Positions 24,459-36,423 of a DNA stretch of 64,000 bases are shown piece by piece. The stretch lies in the NCBI GenBank assembly GCA_964187785.1, contig OZ076409.1, positions 10,170,001 to 10,234,000 on the forward strand. Direction: 5' to 3'. Within the stretch, counting starts at the first letter, position 1; the number at the start of each line of letters is the position of its first letter. The notes under the pieces are model-generated. The model was not told the DNA's origin and did not search any database. It was given only the letters and a program-made list of their open reading frames with translations. Made by a program: the position numbers and the translations under genes. This DNA is from Amphiscolops sp. MND2022 (Eukaryota).

Positions 24459-25299
24459 ATGAACAGCTACTCTTTAGTCATCGATATATCTTCTGATGAA
24501 GAAGTCGCAAAAACGAGCACACCACTGAAAACTCTACCACTCAACATGATTGGCTCACTAAGTGATTCATCAATCGAAGTTTATCGCGGAAGCGATGTGG
24601 AACTGGTTTCCACTTCCGATACACCCGAAACGGCACCGACGCCTAAGAAGAAAAGAAAAACTGGGAGAGTCACGTTCAATCTACCAGCAGCTGACTCTGA
24701 CACGGACTACTACGAAGAGCCAGACTCCCCGCAACGCTTACCTTCCCCAATAAAACGTACTCCTGTTCCAAAGGAGACGGAAAATTTCCCTGTTCTGGGG
24801 AATGAAAGAATACCAAATGCGGCAAGATTGAACGACCTGAATGAGCCTTCCTTGTCGGAATTGGAAACCCTATACGGCTTGGATTTAGAGGACCGGAACT
24901 ACCTCGCATCCTTAGGCCGTGGACGCGGACGCTACGCAACAAATATAAATCAGCCGCACTTAAATAAAATCTGCGTCCTAACATCATAAATAGACCCCCG
25001 AGTGCTGTCCGGAGGAAGTAGAGCGACTAGAGAAGGAAGTCCGTGAGCTGGACGAAGAAGAAAGGAAGATTAGAGACATGAAGTCGGGAAGAGGACGTGG
25101 CCCCCTCCAATCAAGAAAATACAATGGTCGCCCCCCCCGTGACAATAAAGAAAGAAATCCCGCACTGCCACGCTTTACCCCTGTCACTCTCATCAAGAGG
25201 GGCCCTGTCACGACCCGCTCCCGTCGTAATTTTACTTGCTGCTCTGGAGTACCGGGATTCGGCAGAGGACATGGACAAAGGCAGAATAAATACTTTTGA
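24459..25299 (+). pseudogene. Accessory ORF3 of element B, full-length copy running across the PPT into the 3' LTR; frameshifted
   Basis: ORFs 24459-24989 and 25078-25299 join if two 1-nt deletions (about 24962 and 24995) are corrected. Colinear with the element E homologue (PPECCPEEVERLEK vs PPEISPEEMQYLEK). Confidence 0.65.
25195..25205 (+). other. Polypurine tract of element B
   Basis: AAGAGGGGCCC abuts the LTR TG; the same sequence is in element E at 63138-63148. Confidence 0.65.
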
Positions 25300-27595
25300 A
25301 CTTTGTTAAACCAACCAAATCAAACTTCTACTTACAGTACAGTTAAATAAGTGCGAATAATTTTCAAATACAGAATCCAACGTAAGCGTTACGGAAGGTT
25401 TTTCAGAAGTGACTTTAAACTAGCTGAACCTTCCGGTCTAATGTTTTCACACGCAACACCGTTTTATTTCCGGTTTTATCTTCTGAGTTTTCCATTCCAA
25501 TCTAAACACTAAATAATTTTGCAAACGGGATCATTTTGGCGCTCCACACTAAAATGAAAACACAGAAACAACGTTTAACTCCGAGATCCCAACGGAGTCC
25601 ATAAGATCTAAAATGAAAGAGCATACAAAAACAGAGCGGAAATGTATTCCAATATTAAAGTAGTTGTTAAATATCCACTTAAAATCGCAGTCAAGTGATT
25701 TTAAGTAAGTGTTTACAACGTTATGACAGCGTCACTCAACTAGGCTAGTAACGGGTGTTTCTGTTTTTACGGACCAATAGCGTCGCTTGCCGGCGGAATT
25801 ATCTGATCTCGTACCAATAGAATTACGCTTGGTTGCCCCTAGCAACGCTTACCAGCTAAGTAAAGAGAATAGAATCGCCTACGCTCTCCGTTTTCACTCC
25901 GCTTGCTACTGCTGCTCAGCTATAAGCAATCTTAATACGTACGGAGCACTTACGGAGCGGATTGTAAAATTGTATTCCGCTGTTCAGCTATAGATAATCT
26001 TAATATGTACGTAGCATCTACAGAGCGAATTGTAAAATCGCAAATGAGAAATACTGGTTCAAATGAAATCCAAATGAAGTTTTTTAAATCGATGCGTTTG
26101 AAAGATTCAAGAGTTATGATTCTTATATAAGGAAAACTGTACTGTAAGGAAGGATGATAGAAATTGCAATGGTATTATTATGTTCTGGATTTGTATCATC
26201 ATGATAAATCACTAGATCACGTTGACATTATGCTTTGTTTAGTACTTCCTTAATGGAACAAATCTACTTGGTTTACTATGGCACTTAAAATATCTTAATA
26301 ATAATCCTAATGCAAGACGTAAGGTCAACGCTAATTCCTTATTTTCAAGTCAGTAATAACAGTTGTATTTTGTCATGACAACAATCAGGCTAATGACCAA
26401 ACTATGATTATGTTTTGACCCAAACTATGATTATGTTCTGACAAATTTCACGGTTATTGTGTAAAATGTTGAAGTTGCTTTCCACTTGATACTACAAATA
26501 TGTTGCGCTCATCTAATTAGCAGTATAACCATTGTTACATTCCGTTAAAGTCCCGTTTGGACTTAATTTGTATTCAATATGAATGATGTAGTATGCCATT
26601 AGCAGATAATTCATATGTTCGAATTTGGGATTACCGTTTCAGCATCGTTTGTTCTTTTATACCAAATTTCCACATTTTTCTTCCGCTTCTAAGTTAACTC
26701 ATTTCGTATCGATTCCGTCGCCATTTTTGAGTGTCATTCTTTTACTTCGAACTTCAATTTCCTAACTTGATTGCTGACTAATTATTCATGCCGGCGTGCC
26801 TACGCTGATGAAAATGTCAGCTAGACTTCTATTTTGCCGCAATTGTGAAGCTCAAACAGGAAATGAATCGCCTGAACGAAAATGATTTCAACAAAGTTTT
26901 ACGGAACACTGACGCAACTAGGAATTTTGATACCTGATTTTTTGACGCGGGGCTGAAATAATATAAATCATTAGCGCTTTTTGTTGAACAAAACCGATTT
27001 TTGTGATACCTAGGAATTTTTAGGTGAGGAACAAATGATGCTGGGAAGGTTTAAATATGTAAAACATACATGTAAATCAGTTAGTTTTTTTGACCTGCTT
27101 TGTAATATTTAGTTCTGTTCCGTTATCATAACGTGTTCAAAAGAAAACTTAAATCTTTGAAGAATTCAACTTTTCCAAAGATACTTTCTCTCTCTCTCTC
27201 AACCGAAATGACAACTAGAAGCCAGAAAAGGAAAGCCGTAGCTGAGTTAGTCTCAGGTGATTTCGAAACCTCTATAACCGAAAACTTTCCGCCTGAAAAC
27301 CTTGTAGCTAGTTCCAGCAAGATTCCTAGGATAGAACCAGAAGGCTTGGCTGAGATAAAAACGTCACTAAGAAAGGAGATTATGTCGATTATGTCTGATC
27401 TGACTAAAATACTTGCGGAAAACCAAAAGGAAATGCTTAAACTGATAGCACCTTTAAACAAGAAACAAACTGTCCACATGTATGTTCAAGACTCTGACTC
27501 TGAAACAGAGAATGTTTCCGTAGCAAGGACGTCTACCCCCGTTAAAACTCATACTGCGACTAACTCTAAAACAACACCGATAAATAGTCGTAACA
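25206..27595 (+). repeat. 3' LTR of element B
   Basis: TGTCACGAC...GTCGTAACA followed by TSD AAATG. Confidence 0.95.
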
Positions 27596-27606
27596 AAATG
27601 TTATAA
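27208..27606 (+). CDS. LTR-encoded Gag N-terminus reading out into flanking DNA
   Basis: Near-identical to Gag residues 1 to about 126 (plus a 3-residue duplication), ending ...SRNKML* in the flank. Confidence 0.55.
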   Translation: MTTRSQKRKAVAELVSGDFETSITENFPPENLVASSSKIPRIEPEGLAEIKTSLRKEIMSIMSDLTKILAENQKEMLKLIAPLNKKQTVHMYVQDSDSETENVSVARTSTPVKTHTATNSKTTPINSRNKML

Positions 27607-28416
27607 ACTGAAACACCAACAAAGTTGACATTTTTAGAAAGCACGTAACATTTAGTCTCACAGAACCAAAACAATATAAAAATGGGAATTTTATGGATTT
27701 TCCGAGCTTTTTTTGCTTTCAATTGCATTTTGTTTTGGTCCCAATTTTACGAGCAGGGACGAAGCATGAGTGAATGATTTCATTGAAACCTGTGAAAACA
27801 ATAAAAAAGATATTCCCATGTGTCTCCAGATGTATACTGGCAACAATGCAGTCGTTATTCGTTTTAATCAGGACCAAAACCGAAAAAAGCGCAAACAATC
27901 GAATGCTGCATTTCCAGATTACATCAACATTATACCCAGAAATTTTATTAATTTCAAAACTTGGATATTTGACAACGAGAAACCAGTAGACTGCTCCGAA
28001 TTCTTTTGTAGTGCGGGGTGTTTGGGTTGGGGTTGCACAGTTAAGATGTAGTCAAAACTAGTAGAAAAAGCAGAAATGAAAACATTCAGCTCAGGTATCA
28101 AGTTAGTATTTCATACAATCGTTTTGTAATAAATTTTTACTATAAAAAATTAGCAAAACTATACTAAAAAAGGGACGAGTCTTCAAAGGGTGTCTCAATC
28201 GAATACATCTGCACTTTGAAAAAACAATGGGAAAGACTTTCACCATGTAGGCCTGAATTTTGGTTTTGAATCAACTGAATAAACTCAAAAACATAACAGC
28301 GCGCTAGATTAGATCACTTTCTATCTTGAATAAAAAAATTCTTCAATGGCATGTTTTCCAAAGAAATCGAACTCAACAAAAAACACCTGCTGAAAAATGA
28401 AGACGTTGCAAAGCTG

Positions 28417-28793
28417 AACAAGCCAGGAACGGCCCACGTCGGCGCCATATCTAAGGCTCAAAAACAGGAAAAGGAATTCAAAGTGTCAAGTATTCTCTTC
28501 TACTGTACTCCCATGAGGAAAAATTTTTTGAAAAAATCCTAAAAATTTTTTTTCGAAATTTTTTTCAAAAAAAATTGATCTCCGGTAAGTCGCATAGTGC
28601 CAAAAAATGTAAAAGGGGACCACAAAAAAGTCTAATTAACCTCTATCTCAATTGCAAGTAGAAGTAGTGTGGCAGTTAGTGTTAGTGAAAGTCAGCTTAT
28701 AAAATTTATAAAATCTGTCGATTTGCTGGTCTTAAAAACGAAAAGTCAATGCTAGAGTCTGCGTTTTCTACGAAAAGCGCCGACTTAAAAAAA
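28417..28793 (+). mobile_element. Short non-autonomous repeat with subterminal inverted repeats and 3' hairpin (HINE/Helentron-like)
   Basis: GTCGGCGC near the 5' end and GCGCCGAC at the 3' end; internal GTCGCATAGTGCC; A-rich end. Related copies at 29729-30106 and 34209-34580. Confidence 0.5.
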
Positions 28794-29728
28794 CTACTCA
28801 ATTAGTTTCTTGGCGCCCATAACACCTCGAAGAGGACTTTTTTAAACGGACCCAAACGGATTTTTGAACCAAACAGATCAAACGGACCCAAATAATTTTA
28901 GAGCAAAAAATGTTATAAACTGAAACACCAACAAAGTTGACATTTTTAGAAAGCACGTAACATTTAGTCTCACAGAACCAAAACAATATAAAAATGGGAA
29001 TTTTATGGATTTTCCGAGCTTTTTTTGCTTTCAATTGCATTTTGTTTTGGTCCCAATTTTACGAGCAGGGACGAAGCATGAGTGAACGATTTCATTGAAA
29101 CCTGTGAAAACAATAAAAAAGATATTCGCATGTGTCTCCAGATGTATACTGGCCACAATGCAGTCGTTATTCGTTTTAATCAGGACCAAAACCGAAAAAA
29201 GCGCAAACAATCGAATGCTGCATTTCCGGATTATATCAACATTATACCCAGAAATTTTATCAATTTCAAAACTTGGATATTTGACAACGGGAAACCAGTA
29301 GACTGCTCCGAATTCTTTTGTAGTGCGGGGTGTTTGGGTTGGGGTTGCACAGTTAAGATGTAGTCAAAACTAGTAGAAAAAGCAGAATTGAAAACATTCA
29401 GCTCAGGTATCAAGTTAGTATTTCATACAATCGTTTTGTAATAAATTTTTACCATAAAAAGTTAGCAAAACTATACTAAAAAAGGGACGAGTCTTCAAAG
29501 GGTGTCTCAATCGAATACATCTGCACTTTGAAAAAACAATGGGAAAGACTTTCACCATGTAGGCCTGAATTTTGGTTTTGAATCAACTGAATAAACTCAA
29601 AAACATAACAGCGCGCTAGATTAGATCACTTTCTATCTTGAATAAAAAAATTCTTCAATGGCATGGTTTCCAAAGAAATCGAACTCAACAAAAAACACCT
29701 GCTGAAAAATGAAGACGTTGCAAAGCTG

Positions 29729-30106
29729 AACAAGCCAGGAACGGCCCACGTCGGCGCCATATCTAAGGCTCAAAAACAGGAAAAGGAATTCAAAGTGTCA
29801 AGTATTCTCTTCTACTGTACTCGCATTAAGGAAAAATTTTTTGAAAAAATCCTAAAAATTTTTTTTCGAAATTTTTTTCAAAAAAAATTGATCTCCGGTA
29901 AGTCGCATAGTGCCAAAAAATGTAAAAGGGGACCACAAAAAAGTCTAATTAACCTCTATCTCAATTGCCAGTAGAAGTAGTGTGGCAGTTAGTGTTAGTG
30001 AAAGTCAGCTTATAAAATTTATAAAATCTGTCGCTTTGTTGGTCTTAAAAACGAAAAGTCAATGCTATAGTCTGCGTTTTCTACGAAAAGCCCCGACTTA
30101 AAAAAA
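29729..30106 (+). mobile_element. Second copy of the HINE-like short repeat
   Basis: Duplicate of 28417-28793. Confidence 0.5.
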
Positions 30107-30630
30107 GTATTTGCACCAGGTGAAAGGATCCTGGATCCGACCAGCAAGAACCCATCCTTATACAGAAACAAGATTCATGATTGACCATTTGTCCGGCAGT
30201 CGTATTAGGCCATTTTGATGCTAGCCTGATAACATGAAATATAAATAGCCCAATATGTTTATGTAACCCTTTGAGTCATTCGTGTATGCACGTGCCTAAG
30301 TGCAGTAGATGCATATTTGAAGTTTTTTGAACATCACCGACGCTTTGAACTGAGACTGATGACTGTAGTCAGGTGTTATTTTTAGCAATAATATTATTGA
30401 AAAACTCTGTTTTTAGTGATTTGTCGAACAAAAACGTGAGTGCCAGGTCAAAAAGAGTATAAATACTCGAAACGCTTCCTGAGACACACAAGATTGTAAA
30501 ACTTTTGTTGAGTTCAAACCATTTATGAAATCGTCACTTTCCGATTTATTTAAAATATTGCAAATCGATTCATCTTTGATGCTTCCTACAAGAAAACAAG
30601 AATAAAGGTAGAAGATCAATAGATGCATAT

Positions 30631-31070
30631 ATGTTTTCTGATCGGCAGAGATCAGTGAGAGAGAAGAAAATGTTTGGTAATTTTGCTAGAAGACCAGAAA
30701 GCTTAAATAATCAATCCCTGATTGATCACAACTTGAACAGTAATTCAAACTCTAAAGAAAACGAGATTAGGAGATTTGCCGAAAATGGGCAACCAGCTAG
30801 TGAAATCAGCTCAGACAACAATTTGAATCGTTTGTCAGGAGAGTTTAATAAACGAATAACAGAAAAACTGAATGGGTTGTTTGACAATGGTAATGTGCAA
30901 ATCCAAAGAGCCAATTAGTGAAGCCGTAAATGGACAAGTTTTGCCTCAATTGCAGCCTTCGCCTAGGTCCTTGATCGGGCAAAGTGCCCAATAGGAACGG
31001 AACGTGCCCTTTGAGAGATCGGAACGGAAATCCGAAAATGCCTTTAACCGTAAGAAAACAGACTTCAGAC
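30631..31070 (+). pseudogene. Degraded retroelement gag-N-terminus-like fragment
   Basis: Low-complexity then coiled-coil-like LNRLSGEFNKRITEKLNGLF...QIQRA, broken by frameshifts. No termini found. Confidence 0.3.
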
Positions 31071-33048
31071 ACCAAAGAAGAAGGCGCTGATGATGATGAA
31101 GAAATGCCGGAGAATGCAGGAAGTTTGCGATGCCTCCGAGTGGTTCCATTACGATACATATACCGCAAAAGTGGAATTTATCATCAAGTGTAAAGTGTTT
31201 TTTATCAAGTGTAGAGTCTAGATTTGCACCCATGGAACCTATCGTGAAAATGATGGAAGAGAAATCTGAGATGACAGTTTTGTAACGGTCCAAAAGTACG
31301 TATCCAATTGGACCCAACAGTTCTTGTTTGCTTTTTTGAGTTGAAGAAAAATTTTTTGTCTTTTCCAGTGAAATCTGCAGTTTCAAGTTTGTACATTTTT
31401 TTCGGAACTAATGCGAGAACATTTGCTGGAGTTATGTTTCAATCGCAGCCAAAAACCGCCCCAAAAAGAGAAAAAATCCAAGAAACTCACATTTTCGTTT
31501 CAAGGTATCGTTTCATTGGGAAAAGCACATCAAAATTGTCGATACAAAATTTAACTAGGGGCTTTGTGATTTTTGTTGATTACTGCGCACGCTTATACCC
31601 ACAGAATTTCACACACTTTCTGAAACATGAAATAACATGTTCAAGTATATAACATCAAACTTTGTAATGGATTAGTGTGGTTACTCATATTTTCAAAAAC
31701 ATTCCAATTAAAGAGAAAAATGTTTGCATGAAACCACTCGGAAACTGAGGCGGCAGAAGAGAAAAGTGAAATTAACCATTGCGGTTGGTATTTGGGTATT
31801 CCAGTTGAAATCTATTCACATCAAGCTACCGTTCCATCGTTGCAATCAATTGATATGGAGTTGTGATATCGGTATGACTTTCTCGAGGCCAAAAAGTCAC
31901 GAAGTAGGCGCTTGATTTCATTTCGAAAGTCCTAAATAATTAAATCTAAAAGAAGTAGCAAAATTTATTTTTCAATGTTCGAGGTTTCATACCCGCAAAA
32001 ACCGACAATGTTACTTATTTTGCTCAGACCAACTTAAAGTATACTGAGAAGTTATTTGTTTTGTCTCAGCATGTGATCTTTCATACGAACTAAAATGGAA
32101 GCAAAACTTGAAGCAGCTGCCTAACACAGGCAAAACTGGAGAAAAATTAAAAAATTTTCGATAGTCTTTTGAGCTTTTTTCATCAGAGAACTCAGATTTT
32201 TTTCATTGTTGGAATATTCATTTTAGATTTTTCCCGTTTTGGGCTATTTTGGTCATCACCAAGAAATCCAAAACATCTCTACAATTCCATACCGCACGAA
32301 ACGACGTTTATGGTGTTTGGATTTCCAGAAAAACATCTAACATTTTGTTACAGACTTGGAACGGGAAACTTAGAAAAACGCTGCTTTGTTCTCAATTTTC
32401 TATTTCTCATACAGAAAAATGGGCTGGAAAACATACCGGGTGTAACTCAACATAGTGTGGAAAAAAGAAACTGTATTTATACTCTTTCTTCACACTGAGT
32501 TTTGTCTATTATAATTCCGATTTAATTTTTCCCTTCCACACCAAGTTTGCAAAAATTCCATTCTTGTACAAAATTGTTCACATAACTTTCTGAAACGCAA
32601 AAAGGCCTGAAAGATATTCGATTCGACTGACTTTTGTATTTTGTTTCTAGAGTCGAGAAACGAAGATCAAAAACCTACCTAACACTTTGGCGAACATTAA
32701 CACTGACGATCAAAAAAATAATTTATTGGAAGACACTCGAGCCGTGATCAAAATGGTCCAAACGCGACGAAAATGGTAACTTAAAATGTGACTTTTCAAG
32801 CAACAAGAAAGGGCAAACGGACAGGAGTTCCATTCACGTTAGATAGTTCGGATCTAGAATTGAAAGAGCAGTAATCAGTACAAGCTTCGAACTGGGTCTT
32901 AATTAGAATATGGAATCCAGAGCAAAAGCAAAGACCCGTACATAAGAACGACGAACGAAAACTAATCCAATTCAATGATATATTGTTATATATGTATATT
33001 CAAGGTCCAATATTGTTATTACATGAAATACCATAGTAAAAAAATGAA

Positions 33049-33549
33049 TCAACTATTAGTATTGAACTCGTGTTCTTGCCTTCTGAAAATCGTGCAACTG
33101 ATATGCAATAAAGCCGAAACTGTTTGCCACAAATCAATTTTCCTCAAAAGTTCCTCCAAAACCTTGTTGTTACAACTATTTACCGGAGTTGTTTTATGAG
33201 TAGTTGTAGTAGTTTTAGACCTTTTAGGTGCTGAAGTTGCAGATGCCGGGACATATTCGGTTTCAGAATCAGTTTCATCTGGGATGGCTAACGAAGTTTG
33301 TTTCTCCGTTACAGGAGCTATCATTTTCAGCATTTCTTTTTGATTCTCACCTAACATCTTTGCGAGGTCAGACATTATCTCTTTTCTAAGAGTAGATTTC
33401 ATTTCCTCTAGGTTTTCAGTATGTACCTTAGGAGGCTTGCTCGTTCCCGCTACGGGCTTTGTATTTTGGCTATGCCCATCTAGAGGGGTCTCAATCTCAG
33501 CAGAAACTACTTCTTTTACAGCTTTCCTTTTCTGGCTTTTAGTAGTCAT
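33049..33549 (-). CDS. Gag N-terminus encoded by solo LTR B2, reading out into the flank
   Basis: MTTKSQKRKAV...LRKEIMSDLAKMLGENQKEMLKMIAP...TTPVNSCN is homologous to B Gag; the LTR end is at 33168. Confidence 0.55.
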   Translation of the reverse strand: MTTKSQKRKAVKEVVSAEIETPLDGHSQNTKPVAGTSKPPKVHTENLEEMKSTLRKEIMSDLAKMLGENQKEMLKMIAPVTEKQTSLAIPDETDSETEYVPASATSAPKRSKTTTTTHKTTPVNSCNNKVLEELLRKIDLWQTVSALLHISCTIFRRQEHEFNTNS

Positions 33550-34208
33550 TTTAGAAAGAGAGAAAGGGTTCTTTGGAAATTTGAAATTCTTCAACGAAAA
33601 ATCAGGTTTTATCAAACGGAGTATTATCGCAACGAAATTGAATGACCGAATTTACAAAACTCTTAAGTATATATACCTTCTCAGCATCGTTTGTTCCTCA
33701 CCTAAAAATTCCTAGCAATTTTAAAAATCGGTTTTGTTCATTAAACGCCTAATCATCCTTATCATTTCTTACCTTCAGTCATTAGTTCACACTTTAAAAT
33801 TCCTAGATACGACTTCTTTACGGAGCACTTCTTGAAATCATTTTTGTTCAAGGACTTCATTTCCGGTTCAGTTGCGGAAAAGGCGGCAAAACAAAAGTCT
33901 AGTTAAACTTCTACCGAAGAAAGCACGCTGGCGTGAACAATGATTCAGTGCAGGACCAGTAAAAATCACATTTTCGCGGCAAAAGAATGACAAGCAAAAA
34001 ATAACTCCGAAGATATTACGGAGAGTTTTAAGCTAATGTACTGAAAAAACCTGAGCCACATAATAGAAGGAACAAACGATGCTGGAAAATGATGAACCCG
34101 GATTATTAATTGAATTTATTGAATTAATTGAATAGCCAGATTCTTTAAAGAAACAATTATCACAATATAGTAAAAGTAGCAAAGTTCCGAACACCTTTCC
34201 AAGAGTAG

Positions 34209-34580
34209 ACAAGCCGGGAACGGCCCAAGTCGGCGCCATATCTAGGGCTCAAAAAGACTCGAAAACCACTTTTTCTACAACTGGAGACAACAAAAGCTCT
34301 CAAAAAACTGAAAATTGAGAAAAAAAATATCCGAATTTTTTTGAATTTTTTTTTCGAAGTTTCCGGTAAGTCGCATAGTGCCGAAAATGTAAAAGGGGGG
34401 ACGCTTTTTCTCATGTTAGACGCTTTGGATGCGTTGAAAATGAAGTATTAAGTACATATGGTAAAGTTGGTAAATGTGCATTATAATGCAAAAAAAAGTG
34501 GACGTTACGTGTTGAACTGACGACAAAAAAAACTAGCCACTGTAAGAGTCGGGATTTTCTTCGAAAACGCCGACTAAAAA
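34209..34580 (+). mobile_element. Diverged HINE-like short repeat inserted in LTR B2
   Basis: Shares the 5' ACAAGCCGGGAACGGCCCAAGTCGGCGCCATATCT, the core and the 3' hairpin AGTCGG...CCGACT with 28417-28793. Confidence 0.55.
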
Positions 34581-35291
34581 GAGCATCTTTTTAGCATCAT
34601 CACATTGCACCTATACGACTGTCCTCCTTGTCTTAACCTGCATCACGACTTTTCTAATCATATCTAGCAAGACAGAAAATATACGGTACGATATGACTTT
34701 ATTGCTGTAAGATTCTAATTATTCCGAAATGATTCCGTGCAAATCAAAATTTATCATAGCGAACTAGAGTAACCCCGACCTTACAATCTGCCCCGTAAGC
34801 ACTCCGTACAAATGAAGATTGGCCATAGCTGAGCAGCGGAGCACAATTTTAATAACTGCTCCGAACCTGCTCGGTACGTATTAAGATTGACTATAGCTGA
34901 GCGGCAGAGGCTGACGGAGAGAAAAAGCGGAGAACGTAGGCGAATTCATTCTCTTCTCTGTTACTTAGCTGGTGTTGCTAGTGGCAACTGAGTATGATTT
35001 TATTGGTTTGAGTTCAAAAGGGACAACTCTATTGGTCCGTAAGAATAGAAACACCAGTTACTTGCTTAGTTAAGTGACGCTGTGAATGCTCGCTTAAATC
35101 ACTTGGCTAATATTCGAGTGGGTTTTGACAGCTACTCCAGTAATGGAAGACAATTCCACTATACTATATTCTATGTTGCTTTCATTTGAGATTGTATTAA
35201 TTCCGTTGGGACCGGGGAGTTAAATATCATTTTTAATGTTTCGTTTTAGTGTGGAGAAGAAAAGAATGGTCCCAATATTAAAATTATTCTC

Positions 35292-36219
35292 TGTAACGGC
35301 TGCTTGCCCTTATCCTGCGCTGAGGCTTGACAAACATTACGCCGCCCTGATCCGTTGCATAAGACTGTGGACAGTTACTGAACAAATCCTGGTTTTTTTT
35401 GTTCAAAGGACTGTATCTTGTGGCTGGTGGGTCCGATGTGACCCGTAGGAGTCTCATGCGAACCCTCTTTCCACTCGTTTGGATCCGATGTGGTCCGTAA
35501 CACACTTCCCTAACTGTATCTTCACGCGCTGCGGCTGTCTAACTATGAGAGTAGCTACTTAGTCGCTCTGATTCTAGCGAAAAGTTGTGAAGATTGAGAA
35601 GTTGGTTAATTAGTCTCTTGGTCCTAAGAGCCAACTTGACTATAGCTACTCAGTAGAGAAAATCTCTATATAATAATGGTATACATATCGTTTACAATTC
35701 TACAGTAAATATAAGCAATTACAGGTAAGTATAAATAAATGACATTCAAGTGAATTATTGGCTATGTAATCAAACTATGTGGTGGTTTTGGCATGTTGGT
35801 TAGGTGGGCTAGAAAGTATGTTTACACAATGTAAATATCATTAATTTCAACAGAGTTGCTTTCCCTTCAAGGTCATATGAGAAAATCACATAATAATTAG
35901 TACATCAAAATTGGGTTTTCATGGGTTCCGACATAGGTCACTTTGGGTGGTAATTGCTCGGAACCCAGGGGTGATACGAGGTAGGGTGGTTCGAGTGGAA
36001 AGTTGAGTTAGCAACTCTAGTATATACATTCTAAGTTTCAGGATGACTGCATTAGCTTCTCAAAAAGGGGGGTGGTGTTTTTGCCTGCATCACCTATTTT
36101 GGTTAAAATCGTAATTTTCCAACTAGAATCCTGATGAGATTTCTAAGTGTTTTGAGTTATAAGTTTCATCAGTCACGTTCAAATTTAGTTTCTGATCTCG
36201 CAATTGACTGGCGCCAACA
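35292..36219 (-). repeat. Bel/Pao 3' LTR, outer copy
   Basis: TGTAAC...CCAACA on the plus strand; matches 36424-37350 and the split 5' LTR. Confidence 0.9.
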
Positions 36220-36423
36220 TTGCCGGTACTGTTTTTCTCCCGAAAAACACTTTCATAGAACATGGGTGCCAGCTTCACTACTGGTCTTTTGAGTTTTCTA
36301 TTAATTGTATTAATTGTATCTCATTGTATTAATTCCGTTGGGACCGGGGAGTTAAATATCATTTTTAATGTTTCGTTTTAGTGTGGAGAAGAAAAGAATG
36401 GTCCCAATATTAAAATTATTCTC

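Larger units (their letters stand above)
22701..24991 (+). repeat. Direct tandem duplication (1146-bp period) inside element B
   Basis: 22701-23846 is repeated at 23847-24991 with scattered differences and AGA microhomology at the junction. Confidence 0.95.
10184..27595 (+). mobile_element. Element B: full-length Ty3/Gypsy LTR retrotransposon, 17.4 kb
   Basis: TG...CA LTR pair; 5-bp TSD AAATG (10179-10183 and 27596-27600); empty site at about 28908-28920; PBS and PPT; gag-PR-RT-RH-IN order. Confidence 0.97.
27601..30106 (+). repeat. 1312-bp tandem duplication (rest of unit 1: 27601-28794; unit 2: 28795-30106)
   Basis: Near-identical sequence at a 1312-bp offset, for example ORFs 27770 and 29082. 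Confidence 0.95.

Noticed and set aside
23313..25299. ORF3 as an env gene
   Set aside because: No signal peptide or TM segment; it has NLS-like and low-complexity features instead.
27767..27769. TGA as selenocysteine or programmed readthrough (also 17092)
   Set aside because: No SECIS or readthrough context identified; simple nonsense mutation explains them (17092 is at a conserved Gly).
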